Shown here piece after piece: positions 26,937-37,084 of a DNA stretch of 48,640 nucleotides (its first letter is position 1; each line of letters begins with the position of its first letter). The stretch is from contig CBFIHW010000003.1 of the NCBI GenBank assembly GCA_965662325.1, forward strand, positions 1 to 48,640, written 5' to 3'. Source of the DNA: an uncultured Pirellulales bacterium. GTDB lineage: Bacteria; Planctomycetota; Planctomycetia; Pirellulales; UBA1268. Below the pieces are notes generated by a model. That model was not told the origin of the DNA. It saw nothing but the letters and a program-made list of their open reading frames with translations, and searched no databases. A program made the translations under genes and the position numbers.

Positions 26937-29900
26937 TACAATCGTCCTTGCTTCTTTGAAACTGCATCAAGAAGTTGTGGCCAAGGCAATCGACTCCAGT
27001 AAAGAGGCTCAGCAAGTGACGAAGGCATAACTTGTCGTTGATCATCTGACGTTAGCCCTCCGGTCTCTGCTTCTTCAAGCACTCGATCGACTGTTGCACT
27101 CAAGTGATCAAGCCAATCTGGAACTTCAACTCCTGCACCAGTTGCCACACCAAGAAATTCTTCGGCATGTGTCTCAAGTTGACTACCAGCACCTTCAGGC
27201 TGACCCGCAAGAAGTTCTTGAACGGCAGGCTCAACGAGTGATTCAAGTTCGTCTTGCTCGAGCATGGCCGTAAACGGTCGTTGTACTCGATCAGAAACAC
27301 TGGCCAGACGAACTCCTGTCTTCTGCTGAAGTGTTGACAACCGTTCAATCAATTCACTTGCCGTACCCTCTGTTTCTTCCTCCATCCGTTGCCTCCAAGC
27401 AGATGCAGCCTCAGTCGCACCACTCCGCACAAGTACCCGATGAGCCATACTCACTGGACGAAGAGTCCAGACAATTCTTTCGTATTCTGCTTTAATTCGA
27501 AGGAACTCAAGCAGCACATAAAGATAGTCGCCTCGATCAGACTGTGTTGTTGTTGAATTCCAATCTCTATATTCTGAATGATTCTCGGCAACACTCTCCA
27601 GAACAAGTCGTAGCCGGCTCGTTGCTTGTTTTAGTGAAATCTCACCAGTGTTGATTGCTTCAATTAACTTGTCCGGATGAGTTTTGTTGTATTCATCATC
27701 TGACTCAGAGTTGCGCCAGTCTGATTCAGTAGCATTTTGTTCAATGAGATGCTCAAGAAATGGACGAACACCACCACGAAGCACACTTCGTAGCGATGGT
27801 GGCGTAAGGAGATGTTGCGTGAAGAGTCCAGCACCATAACGCTCAATAAATTCCTTAATAATACGAAACGATTTATCCTCTCGTACTCTCTCCAGCACAG
27901 AAAGCCGAAGCTGACGAGCATGGGTAGTCCACGTTTCCAGTAATTTCGGAATGAGAATAGCCAGTCCATCTAAAATTCTTTGTGTTGTCACAACACTTGA
28001 TGGCTCGGACTCACCAGGTCCGGGCACCGGAGCGCTTGCCACTATTCGACCTACAAGTGCGGTTGTCGCGGCCTCAAAAACCCTATCAAACTCGCTTACA
28101 CTTGCTGCGCCTGGTGGGCGCCGACTTTCAAGTTTTTTTGCCAGACGGACGAGACCTATTGTTTCCTCAACAAGACCTCGGCGGGGCAAAACAGCAACAA
28201 GCCTTTCTAGAAGTCGTTCTCGCATTCTTGCTGCAAATACACGATCTGCCCGACCTCCCCGGGACAAGGGAACATAGAGCACGGTCTTGCCACGTAGATG
28301 GTGTCGAATATACCCCATCTGCTGATGAATCGTTTGTTGGTCATCCATGAATACTGCAGCAAGTAGCTTTCCAACCGCTGGTTTTGGAATCTTTCTGGAA
28401 GAATCTTGCTTTCCACCCTCCGAAGAAAGTGATGTTTTTTGTACAGCACCCTGAGCGATTGCAATTCTGGCTGAGAGCATCCAGATTGTTTCACCAGTTT
28501 GGAGAGCTGCCTCAAGAAGTCTTTCTGCGGCTATATCGCGTTGCCAGCGAAGACGATCAAACTCCGCAGCCGTCATTCCAGGTGGCTGCTCCTGATCCCG
28601 GGCAACAATATGCATTGCCGCTCGCACCATCGCCCGGCGCAGTCGTCTCAACATCTGTCGCCAACCCACAAAAGAATCAATCTCAGCAGATGCCGTGTGG
28701 ATACGACCAGCAGAAGCATCGAGACAACCCGTGACGACAGCTTGTCGAAGCATAACAATGACACCTGTTAAAAAATCAGCAGCTTCTTCCACAGCCACAA
28801 CAGGGTTTGTAGCACCGGCAGGAAGATCAACATCGAGCATTCCACCATCGGTTCCATCGTCCGCCGAGTCCTGCCACACCATAGATTCGTAGGCCGATGC
28901 AACACTTTCATCTGCACCGATCTGATCGTCATCCGTCTCGTCAGGTAATTGATTTTCTGATGTATCTCGGCTCAGAGGTTCTTGACCTGATGCAGCGATA
29001 TCAATCATTTCAGTAAGACCGGCCGTATTCGCTTCAACTAATTCAAGAAAACGTCGTACACGAATACAGCCTGAATCGCTGAGATCCGTAAGAGCAGACC
29101 GAAGCCATCGATGGGCTGCTACTAACCATGAATTTCCGGAGTGATCGATTTCATCTCCTTCGAGCAGAGTTACCCAATGCACAAGCAATCCCATGGCGGC
29201 ATCAAAGTCCTTCTCTTGTAGAAGGGCATCAGCTGCCGCTGCGTGTGTTCTTGCAGATGAAAAATCAGCAACTGCATCTCGCCAGAATACGGGAGATAAT
29301 GGAACTGGGGCAGTTGCTCGTCGTTCTTCTAAGACGGCAACAACTTCTCGGGCAGATTGCAGCATTTCAAGACCGGATAGATGCGTTATGCCACCAACTG
29401 AGGTTGTCGCATATTGATCCCACCAAGATGCCAATTCTTCAACCAAACTACTGGCTTGATCTGAAATCTCTTTATTTGACTCAAGGCAGGATCGTTGCCA
29501 AACCATACACGCGCATTCAAGTAGATTGCCGACACTCCCAATCAGGTCATCCACTCGTGAATCAGGCAGCGCCTCTCCACCTGGCTCATGTAGTGGGAAC
29601 TGCCCTGCAAAACCAAGAATATTCCATGGATCAACCAGTGCTCCACAATCAATCCCACGAAGGAGAAGATCTTTAGCCTCAATGAGGGTCTCGACCGCCC
29701 TTTCAAGAGAATCTTCATCGCCACGACGCGAGAGTCCCTGAGCAATAACAATATGGCTTGTAATCCTCGCAAGCATTCGTGCACTTGCTGCGGGCACGAG
29801 ACCTACCAAACGCTCAGCTGCGTCTATTCTTCCGAGACGGGCAAGAACTGATGCCAGAGTCACACTCCCTACTTGCCGTGCGCGTCGGTCTGCAAGAAGC

Positions 29901-31021
29901 ATATTAATGTGTCTTCGGACACCCCCGAATGGCTGCTGTAGGCTCTGGGCTTCTTTTTCGAGCCGACGACGATGCTCGTTAGGAAGTTGCGTTATCAGCC
30001 AACGATAAAACTTATCTCGGTACGCCGCAATTCTAGGAAGAAGGTCTGCGAGAGACAGACTGGCCTGAACGGCACCTGGACCACGACCCGAGAGACCGGA
30101 CGCCATCAGCATGACACCTGCCAGAACAGCTGCAGATTCTTGTTGTAGTTGTTTAACTGGTACGCCAGGCTGGGCTTCGGCTGCCCATGATAAAATTCCC
30201 TCGAGTGTGGCCTGTTGAATAACGAGGCGACGATAGTAGCCGCTTTCATCAATACACAGCGGATCCCAAAGGCCAAAAAGATAATTTGGACGGCTGGCAG
30301 CTGGGTGCAAAAAATCAAAAGCACGAGGATCGACTGACAGTTCAGTTAATAAACCCAGGTCAAAATCTGCCTGCTGCAAAAGTTCCTTTGGGGCCTTTTC
30401 AAGAATCTGGATTGCTTGACTTACAAGTCTTGAAAAATGACCGTGAGCCGCCCCTACACCGCTTCTATAAATTGGAAGGGGCCTTACTCGCTCATGGGGA
30501 TATGGCTCAGATAACTGCTCATTTTCAAGTACAGCAACAGGTCGCCAGCCCATGTAATCATTAATCTTACGAAGCGTCTTCTCCACAACAGCATCGTCGT
30601 GTCCTTCCCACGGGCCACCGGTCTCAAGGACCGCCTGAAACACAGCCATAAGAAAGAATGGTCGCTCGATAGCACCGATTGCCTGATGCTCTAGAAGATC
30701 CGCGTGGAATGCCCGATAAGCCGGCAACACATTATCAAAAACAATCCTGAGAGAACCCTGTGCTTGGCCAACATCACGAAATACCGGATCGGTTTGGTGA
30801 AGTCGCTTCAAAGCCTCACGTAAAGCATCTGCCACTTTATCGACCGTATCCGACCGTTCAACAATTTCACCGGTGGCTGTAATTGGCTCAAACTGCGCAT
30901 AAAGATCGTTGATAGACTTCCACGCTGAAATATCAAAAGCACCAGCTGAAAAATTCAGATACCCAAGAAGAAGGGCAAATGAATTTGGTAGCTCAGCAGC
31001 AGATTGGGAAACCTTTGGCAT
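26936..31021 (-). CDS. Large hypothetical protein (1361 aa), mostly helical
   Basis: Long uninterrupted ORF whose stop overlaps the lipB-like ATG (TAATG). Acidic linker near residues 690-730. Confidence 0.85.
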   Translation of the reverse strand: MPKVSQSAAELPNSFALLLGYLNFSAGAFDISAWKSINDLYAQFEPITATGEIVERSDTVDKVADALREALKRLHQTDPVFRDVGQAQGSLRIVFDNVLPAYRAFHADLLEHQAIGAIERPFFLMAVFQAVLETGGPWEGHDDAVVEKTLRKINDYMGWRPVAVLENEQLSEPYPHERVRPLPIYRSGVGAAHGHFSRLVSQAIQILEKAPKELLQQADFDLGLLTELSVDPRAFDFLHPAASRPNYLFGLWDPLCIDESGYYRRLVIQQATLEGILSWAAEAQPGVPVKQLQQESAAVLAGVMLMASGLSGRGPGAVQASLSLADLLPRIAAYRDKFYRWLITQLPNEHRRRLEKEAQSLQQPFGGVRRHINMLLADRRARQVGSVTLASVLARLGRIDAAERLVGLVPAASARMLARITSHIVIAQGLSRRGDEDSLERAVETLIEAKDLLLRGIDCGALVDPWNILGFAGQFPLHEPGGEALPDSRVDDLIGSVGNLLECACMVWQRSCLESNKEISDQASSLVEELASWWDQYATTSVGGITHLSGLEMLQSAREVVAVLEERRATAPVPLSPVFWRDAVADFSSARTHAAAADALLQEKDFDAAMGLLVHWVTLLEGDEIDHSGNSWLVAAHRWLRSALTDLSDSGCIRVRRFLELVEANTAGLTEMIDIAASGQEPLSRDTSENQLPDETDDDQIGADESVASAYESMVWQDSADDGTDGGMLDVDLPAGATNPVVAVEEAADFLTGVIVMLRQAVVTGCLDASAGRIHTASAEIDSFVGWRQMLRRLRRAMVRAAMHIVARDQEQPPGMTAAEFDRLRWQRDIAAERLLEAALQTGETIWMLSARIAIAQGAVQKTSLSSEGGKQDSSRKIPKPAVGKLLAAVFMDDQQTIHQQMGYIRHHLRGKTVLYVPLSRGGRADRVFAARMRERLLERLVAVLPRRGLVEETIGLVRLAKKLESRRPPGAASVSEFDRVFEAATTALVGRIVASAPVPGPGESEPSSVVTTQRILDGLAILIPKLLETWTTHARQLRLSVLERVREDKSFRIIKEFIERYGAGLFTQHLLTPPSLRSVLRGGVRPFLEHLIEQNATESDWRNSESDDEYNKTHPDKLIEAINTGEISLKQATSRLRLVLESVAENHSEYRDWNSTTTQSDRGDYLYVLLEFLRIKAEYERIVWTLRPVSMAHRVLVRSGATEAASAWRQRMEEETEGTASELIERLSTLQQKTGVRLASVSDRVQRPFTAMLEQDELESLVEPAVQELLAGQPEGAGSQLETHAEEFLGVATGAGVEVPDWLDHLSATVDRVLEEAETGGLTSDDQRQVMPSSLAEPLYWSRLPWPQLLDAVSKKQGRL

Positions 31022-31268
31022 AAGATTAAAAATACGAAATCGGACCGTCTTCCATCAAAAAAATGTAAGTCACTATTGGCATCTTTATTCTACCAATCAC
31101 AGATCAATACGCAGCAGGGGCAACTGTTTCGGCGGGGAGAGAACAAAAGGGCCTCTATCTCTCTTTTTGCATCATTTTTTCTATGAGTTAATGTTAGAGG
31201 TGGGCTTCGAATAAAGGTTCAAAAGAGAAGCTAAAACCTAGGGAAAATCCTTCACGGAGAGGTTCGAT

Positions 31269-32687
31269 ATGTTTCAGTTGAATAAAGCAAGGACATGGCT
31301 TTGGCTTGTTTTTCTACCGACCGCAATTTCTTTTCCAAACGTCTACGCCGAGAGTCTATACGGCACCGCAGCTGACCCTTTTGAAGCTGATCGGGTTGGC
31401 CTCACTCGTGAATGGATTATTCAACTGCCATTTGACTCTGATCGCTATCGACTGAACCAAATCGATGCGGGCCGCTGGATGATCGTTGCTCAGTCAGACG
31501 ATGGTATCGTGCACGCGGTTCGCGCAGGTAGTAGTGATACAACTCAACCAGGCAGCCCACCTCCCGGAGTATTACTTTGGTCAACACCTCTGGGACTACC
31601 AAAAGACAGTCTTCAGTCTGCGGGAATTGATCGTGATCTCGTAACAATTAATCGAGATATGACTACCTTCGGAATTGATAGCCGCACTGGCTCTATCTTC
31701 TGGAAGCGACGATTGCCGGCTCCCTCTTCTTCAGGAAGCTTTCCCGTTGGTGACTGGGTTTATGTTCCCCTTTGGGACAAAACTATGTATCGCCTCCCTG
31801 TGAATCCTTATCGAAACCCAACAAAATCGGATGATACAGAAGGCACTGATTCAAAAAAAAGCTCTTCGAGTCGAGCGATCCTCAATCCTGTTCACATAAA
31901 ATCGCATGGACTCATCGAACAGCAGCCTTTACCGTTTGGAGAAGGTGTCATCTGGTGTACGGAGAATGGACGACTTACGGCGCTTGAACCTGCGGAAGAA
32001 GGTTGGGAACGTCATGAATTCTTTCTTCGAGACAATCCAAATGGTCCGGTCGCAGTTCGTGATACGGTCGTGTTTGCTGCAACAGAAAAGGGAGAGCTCG
32101 CATGTTTTGAAGATGCGTCTGGAGGCCTTCGACTCACGTGGCGCTATCTGCTAGAAACAAGTCTTCATCCGAACCAGCCACGTCCACAACTTATGATCAA
32201 CGACGAAATGCTTCTTGTTTCGCTCGGTGAAGAAGGCATTGCTGCCCATAATGCAAAAAATGGAGAACGATTGTGGAAGACACCCCTACAAGCTGATTTT
32301 TTGGCATGTATTGGGAGTCATCTATGGTGTTACGACACGCAGAACAGAATCACTGCCCTTCGCCTGATTGACGGGATAGAAGACGCATGGCTTTGCCCAG
32401 GCCCTTTCACTATTCCAGTAACCAACAGGTCGTCTGATCGTATTATTCTTGCCTCACCTCGTGGCCTACTCGCTTCACTCAGACCACGAGTTGTTGCCCG
32501 GGAGAATTCGGCTATTCAGCCTTCGGTACCATTGATGGACCAAAAAACCAAACCGTCGGACGTAGAAAAAAATGCCTCACCTGAGGTCATTGAAGAAAAA
32601 CCCTCTATGCAGGAATCTGAAAAAACGAGTGGCGAAAAGCCGATGCAAGAAAAAAAGGATGAGCCCTTTAATTTCTTTGGCAGCTAA
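31269..32687 (+). CDS. Exported PQQ-like beta-propeller protein (BamB-like repeats)
   Basis: GGAGAGG Shine-Dalgarno, signal peptide ending VYA, and Trp-docking repeats GIDSRTGSIFWKR, LTWRY and AHNAKNGERLWKT. Confidence 0.8.
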   Translation: MFQLNKARTWLWLVFLPTAISFPNVYAESLYGTAADPFEADRVGLTREWIIQLPFDSDRYRLNQIDAGRWMIVAQSDDGIVHAVRAGSSDTTQPGSPPPGVLLWSTPLGLPKDSLQSAGIDRDLVTINRDMTTFGIDSRTGSIFWKRRLPAPSSSGSFPVGDWVYVPLWDKTMYRLPVNPYRNPTKSDDTEGTDSKKSSSSRAILNPVHIKSHGLIEQQPLPFGEGVIWCTENGRLTALEPAEEGWERHEFFLRDNPNGPVAVRDTVVFAATEKGELACFEDASGGLRLTWRYLLETSLHPNQPRPQLMINDEMLLVSLGEEGIAAHNAKNGERLWKTPLQADFLACIGSHLWCYDTQNRITALRLIDGIEDAWLCPGPFTIPVTNRSSDRIILASPRGLLASLRPRVVARENSAIQPSVPLMDQKTKPSDVEKNASPEVIEEKPSMQESEKTSGEKPMQEKKDEPFNFFGS

Positions 32688-32699
32688 GACACCTACTGA

Positions 32700-32843
32700 C
32701 TATGGCTTAAGCGGGAGCCCCCGGGCCCATAATTCAAGCGCAAGGATGAGGCAGCCAATTGAGATTGCAGTAAAAGATAACATCATCATCCCGGTATAAG
32801 CATTTTGTCGCTTTGGATGTGTTGGTTCACCACTGTCTACCAT
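32700..32843 (-). CDS. Small single-pass membrane protein (47 aa), absent from the ORF track
   Basis: GGAGGA Shine-Dalgarno 6 nt before the ATG. Translates to MVDSGEPTHPKRQNAYTGMMMLSFTAISIGCLILALELWARGLPLKP* and starts 33 bp after the upstream co-oriented stop. Confidence 0.75.
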   Translation of the reverse strand: MVDSGEPTHPKRQNAYTGMMMLSFTAISIGCLILALELWARGLPLKP

Positions 32844-32876
32844 CTCAATTCCTCCAGAACAGTCTCAGCACCGATC

Positions 32877-33704
32877 TTAACTATCAAGCTTGAGCCGAGT
32901 CGCAACGCGATCGCCCCGTTGAACAATTCCTCGTGCAAAGTCTTTGATTACACGCACAACAGCACGGTCTGGTTTTACGCTGACTACACGAAGACGACCA
33001 AGATATTCATCGGCACGAAAAACCTCTAACTCATGCCCGGCTTGAAGCCCGTCATCGCTTCCGATCGAAACTTCAGCAAGATCATTTGCAACAGCAGTAA
33101 CGACTCCACCAACAACTGGTATGACTGTTTCGGGCCGCTTTAACGAAAGTCCATTCTGTTGTAGAACCACTCTTGCATTTGCCACTTGTTGTTCAAGCTG
33201 CTTTTTTCGTTCCGTGGCCATTGCCAACTCGGACTCCGCTTGATGCAATTCAGCAGCCAATTCAGCTCCTCGGTTTACTGATCCTTTGAGGTTATCCTGA
33301 AGACTGTGAATTTCTTCTCGCAATTCACCAACAAGTTTCTCTGCAGCATCTCGCTCATCTTTCGCCACTGAAAGTTCTTTGATATCTTTATCGAGGTTGC
33401 TGAGCTTCGTATCACGCTCTTTCTTTAAACTGTTGAGCTCTGTATCTTTTTGCTGAAGTGCCGTTTCAAGTTTTGCAACGACCTGCTCACGATCTTTTTC
33501 TGAAGCGGCGATCTGTTCGTTGAGTGTTGTGAGTTCTGATTCTTTTGCCTGTCGCTCTGCTTTGACCTGCTCAAGTTCAGTCGCAAGTCGCTGTGATTCT
33601 TTTTGCCAATTCGTGTGCGATGAAAAAATTGCAATCGCAAAGCTCATGAACACAACGCTCATAACCATCACAGCAAAAACAAATATCTTTCCAAGAGTAT
33701 TCAT
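32877..33704 (-). CDS. Membrane-anchored coiled-coil protein with C-terminal beta domain
   Basis: N-terminal TM (LGKIFVFAVMVMSVVFMSFAIAIF), about 150 aa of coiled coil, then VSIGSDDGLQAGHELEVFR...LGRLRVVSV. Confidence 0.8.
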   Translation of the reverse strand: MNTLGKIFVFAVMVMSVVFMSFAIAIFSSHTNWQKESQRLATELEQVKAERQAKESELTTLNEQIAASEKDREQVVAKLETALQQKDTELNSLKKERDTKLSNLDKDIKELSVAKDERDAAEKLVGELREEIHSLQDNLKGSVNRGAELAAELHQAESELAMATERKKQLEQQVANARVVLQQNGLSLKRPETVIPVVGGVVTAVANDLAEVSIGSDDGLQAGHELEVFRADEYLGRLRVVSVKPDRAVVRVIKDFARGIVQRGDRVATRLKLDS

Positions 33705-33843
33705 GCTCGAATCCGTACCACCGAACAAGGAATTAAGACCACGACCTGGTCGCTTGGTAACTTTTACCCGAGCAGCCCAGTCATCCAAATATTACGCTTC
33801 TATCGCTTGAGTCGTCCCGAAAGCCGGTTTTCCTCCAACTATC

Positions 33844-35541
33844 TTACGTTAGGGTACCTCTTCTCACCCAGTGTTCCAACGCCACTGTCACCGTAATCGC
33901 TACACATATCCCAGGCAGGAAACTACCCCAGAGAAGCCAGAGCGTCCAACGTCCGTCTGGTACGACTGCAACACGTAAAGTAGACGTTTTTCTGCGTGGA
34001 CCACACGCACGCAAACGCCCACAACCATCAATAGAGGCCGAAAAACCAGTATTTGCAGCGATAACAATTGGTGTCCGAACCTCAACCGCGCGAAAAATAG
34101 CTGCTGTAAGATGCATGTCGAGTTCACTGGAACCCCAAAACCAGCCATCATTGGTCAGATTTGCAATGAGATCAGGACCGCCATTTATTTGGCGACAATA
34201 TCGAACGAGTGAACGAATTGTCTCTGGGAGTGCTGTCTCATAGCAGATCGTACACGTCAGCCGCCTGCCAGCTACAGACGTCACGAGTGGCTGGTGGCCA
34301 GCTGTCAGACCGACAGGAAGCGGCGTAAGACGATAAAGCCATGGAAATGTCTCAGCAAAGGGAACATATTCACCAAACAGAACAGGTTTCATTTTGGCAT
34401 ATGTGTCTCGGATTTGACCACGAGCATCGAGGAGAACAGCGCAATTAAAGTACTGCGTTCCTGTAACAGCACTCGGTGTCACAACCTGCTTGTCAACACC
34501 GACAAGCCAATTCGTACCGTATGATTTTGCATAGGCTGAAAGTGGTTCAAGGCGTTCTTCTTCGAGCCGTTGACGGCAGATTGCCTGCAACGCAACGTCA
34601 TCAGCATCACTATTTCCTGCCAACTCAGTTTCGCTGAGCATTGCTGTCATAACACTTGTGGGCAATCGTTCATTTGGATCAATTTCAAGAAGACCAATGC
34701 GCCACATTGTTTCAGGCCAGAGAATTAAGTCAGGCAATGAGGAGCTTTCTATGAGGCCCCTACGTGTTAGTTCGTCATACTGCTGAGTCACTTCCTGAAA
34801 GGCATCTGGCTCGTGTTTTAGTTCAGTATCTATTGAACCTTGGACAAGCAATGTCTCCAGAGGAGCAACACGAGGCTCAGGAGTCGTCGTAAGCCGCCAA
34901 TGACCATAAAAAATTGACGCACCAAGAATACCGGTGACCAGCACTACTTCTCGGACTGCTTCTTTTGTCTGCCAAGACGATATTGGACGGAAAAGTGCTG
35001 CTGCCACAAGCATTACAATACCGCTGATTCCGACGGCACCGGCAATGTCTGCAGTTTGTAGTAGGGTGGTCCATCGCCATTGTGAATGACCGAGCATTGC
35101 AAATGTAAAGCCACCGAAAAGGACGCCTCGCAAGTGCTCACACGCCACCCATGCTAGTGGTGCTGCCGCTACAAGCGGCCACCCCCACCGCCGCATTAGA
35201 AGTCGAGCAGACCAAATGAAAATAGGCAGATAACACGCTAGATAGGCCGACAAACAGACCCAGCCCAATGAAGTTGCAGGATGAGGAAGTCGAAGCCAGT
35301 GGATCGTTGCAAGCCAATGAATAAAACCGGCGCACCAGATCATTTGCCAGAATTTTGGTGGCACATGCCTGGCCTTCTTCATGATCAGCCAGAGCCATGG
35401 CAATGGTGCAAGCCATGCGAAAAACCACACGTCACATGGCGGTTGAATGAGAAACATTGTTCCTGCACCACCAAATGCTGCAAACGCCTCTCCTTTCAAA
35501 GATCGGTCATGAAACAGTCTTCGAACGAATGACCGGTTCAT
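33844..35541 (-). CDS. lnt: Apolipoprotein N-acyltransferase
   Basis: Multiple TM segments, VQGSI, nitrilase triad WPE / YAKMKPVLFGEYVP / ICYE, TNDGWF and FRAVEVR. Confidence 0.94.
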   Translation of the reverse strand: MNRSFVRRLFHDRSLKGEAFAAFGGAGTMFLIQPPCDVWFFAWLAPLPWLWLIMKKARHVPPKFWQMIWCAGFIHWLATIHWLRLPHPATSLGWVCLSAYLACYLPIFIWSARLLMRRWGWPLVAAAPLAWVACEHLRGVLFGGFTFAMLGHSQWRWTTLLQTADIAGAVGISGIVMLVAAALFRPISSWQTKEAVREVVLVTGILGASIFYGHWRLTTTPEPRVAPLETLLVQGSIDTELKHEPDAFQEVTQQYDELTRRGLIESSSLPDLILWPETMWRIGLLEIDPNERLPTSVMTAMLSETELAGNSDADDVALQAICRQRLEEERLEPLSAYAKSYGTNWLVGVDKQVVTPSAVTGTQYFNCAVLLDARGQIRDTYAKMKPVLFGEYVPFAETFPWLYRLTPLPVGLTAGHQPLVTSVAGRRLTCTICYETALPETIRSLVRYCRQINGGPDLIANLTNDGWFWGSSELDMHLTAAIFRAVEVRTPIVIAANTGFSASIDGCGRLRACGPRRKTSTLRVAVVPDGRWTLWLLWGSFLPGICVAITVTVALEHWVRRGTLT

Positions 35542-35810
35542 TTTTGCACATCCTCGGGAAGAATTTCCGCAACAACCATACCAGGAAATACGATAGTATC
35601 CTCATCAACGAATTGGTGGACACACTCACCGGCAATAGGAGCAAGTAAATCGACAGTGGCTGGATTCGTAGCCAATTCAACAATGCGATCACCCTCAAGA
35701 ACATTACTTCCTTGCGGAACAAGCCACAAGGAAAGAACAAGCGGGGTTTCACCAAGCCCAAGATCGGGAACAACTATGGGAACAGGCTTGGCTGGATTAG
35801 GTGACTTCAT
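35538..35810 (-). CDS. Stand-alone biotin/lipoyl-attachment-like domain lacking the acceptor lysine
   Basis: VVPDLG...WLVPQGSNVLEGDRIVELATNPATVDLLAPIAG...VFPGMVVAEI follows the lipoyl-domain pattern, with NPA where DKA is expected. Its stop overlaps the lnt start (ATGA). Confidence 0.8.
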   Translation of the reverse strand: MKSPNPAKPVPIVVPDLGLGETPLVLSLWLVPQGSNVLEGDRIVELATNPATVDLLAPIAGECVHQFVDEDTIVFPGMVVAEILPEDVQK

Positions 35811-35830
35811 AAATTCTGACTTCCTACCAA

Positions 35831-36829
35831 TTAGAAGTTCTTTTGAAGCCACGAAAGCATGACCTGTCCCACTAAACCAAGTGACTTTGGAGAGCAATTC
35901 GCTGGAATATCTTGTGTTGTATGCCAGTGCGGGTAGTCAAAATCAATAATATCACATGTTGGAATGCCACCGGTCATTCGAAGTGGCACATGATCATCAT
36001 TGATGACATACTTCGGGCGTGGAACAAATTCCCGGATCTGTAGTTGTTTTGCTGTCGCCCAAATTGATTCAACAACTGGGCGGGTATCGGGCCAATCAAC
36101 ACTCTGCTGTTCCTGCCAAATTGCAAGATTACGATCACCAACCATGTCTAGGATAACTCCACAGCGATAGGCGTACGGTATCGCTCCGGCTTTTCGAGAG
36201 TTGGCATATTGTCTGGCAAAAAATAGTGACCCGAGACAGTAGGAATCCCGATCCTCTTCAAAAACGTATTCTTCGGCATCGAAGAAGACAAAATCGACAC
36301 CCACCGCTCCCTTTATTTCCGACATTGAATCAGCGAGTTCCATCAAAACTGCAACACCGCTTGCACCATCATTCGCACCAAGAAAAACTCCTCGAGGATC
36401 ACGACGATCTCGGTCTGGGTATGGCCGGGTATCGTAGTGAACACCTAAAAGCACTCGGTCATTTCTATCGGGATGCCAAGAAACAATGAGATTCTCCATG
36501 CGCACCCAGTCACCGTTCCGACCATCCCGGCTTCGGAAAGCCTGACGAAAGACTTTCGCCCCTGCTTTTTGAAAATGACGGATAAGAAGTTCTCGCTGTT
36601 CCTGCATTCCTTTGGACCCACTTGGACGTGGTCCAAGTTCACAAATTGCCTCCAGGTATTCCATCGCTCGTGTTCCTGAAAACCTGGCGGACTCGCTCGC
36701 CTCCAAGGCTGATCCAGTCAGGAGCAACAGAAAAACCAGCGTGGTGTGAAATATGAAAGAAAGAATGGCACCAGACTCTGGGAATTCCCAGGGAGTAGAT
36801 CTCGTCGGTGTTCTCATTCTCTTTCTCAT
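35831..36829 (-). CDS. M28-family Zn peptidase / glutaminyl cyclase-like protein
   Basis: GVHYDT, GANDGASG, FDAEE, LDMVG, DDHVP, WHTTQD and a hydrophobic N-terminal segment. Confidence 0.88.
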   Translation of the reverse strand: MRKRMRTPTRSTPWEFPESGAILSFIFHTTLVFLLLLTGSALEASESARFSGTRAMEYLEAICELGPRPSGSKGMQEQRELLIRHFQKAGAKVFRQAFRSRDGRNGDWVRMENLIVSWHPDRNDRVLLGVHYDTRPYPDRDRRDPRGVFLGANDGASGVAVLMELADSMSEIKGAVGVDFVFFDAEEYVFEEDRDSYCLGSLFFARQYANSRKAGAIPYAYRCGVILDMVGDRNLAIWQEQQSVDWPDTRPVVESIWATAKQLQIREFVPRPKYVINDDHVPLRMTGGIPTCDIIDFDYPHWHTTQDIPANCSPKSLGLVGQVMLSWLQKNF

Positions 36830-37084
36830 GAATGCTCTTCCGTTATCAGTAACTGCTTTATTTTCTCAAACACTGAGCACCAATTATTTTATTCAGCTGG
36901 CATCACACAACCTCTAACTGGGACTACGGCTCTCTTACGTTGTACGTCCGTCCGGATTATTGCGTCAAAAAACAATGCGATCATAGTTCTTATCAGTCTT
37001 CCGTAAGATGCACTTGAAAACAATAATTGCCTGTGATTGTCTCATCTTATCGCTAGATTGACTGACAAAAACAAGCCCCTGACA

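Noticed and set aside
36889-36984. 31-aa minus-strand ORF (MIALFFDAIIRTDVQRKRAVVPVRGCVMPAE) in the gap upstream of the M28 gene
   Set aside because: Weak Shine-Dalgarno and no recognisable feature; it cannot be supported without conservation data.
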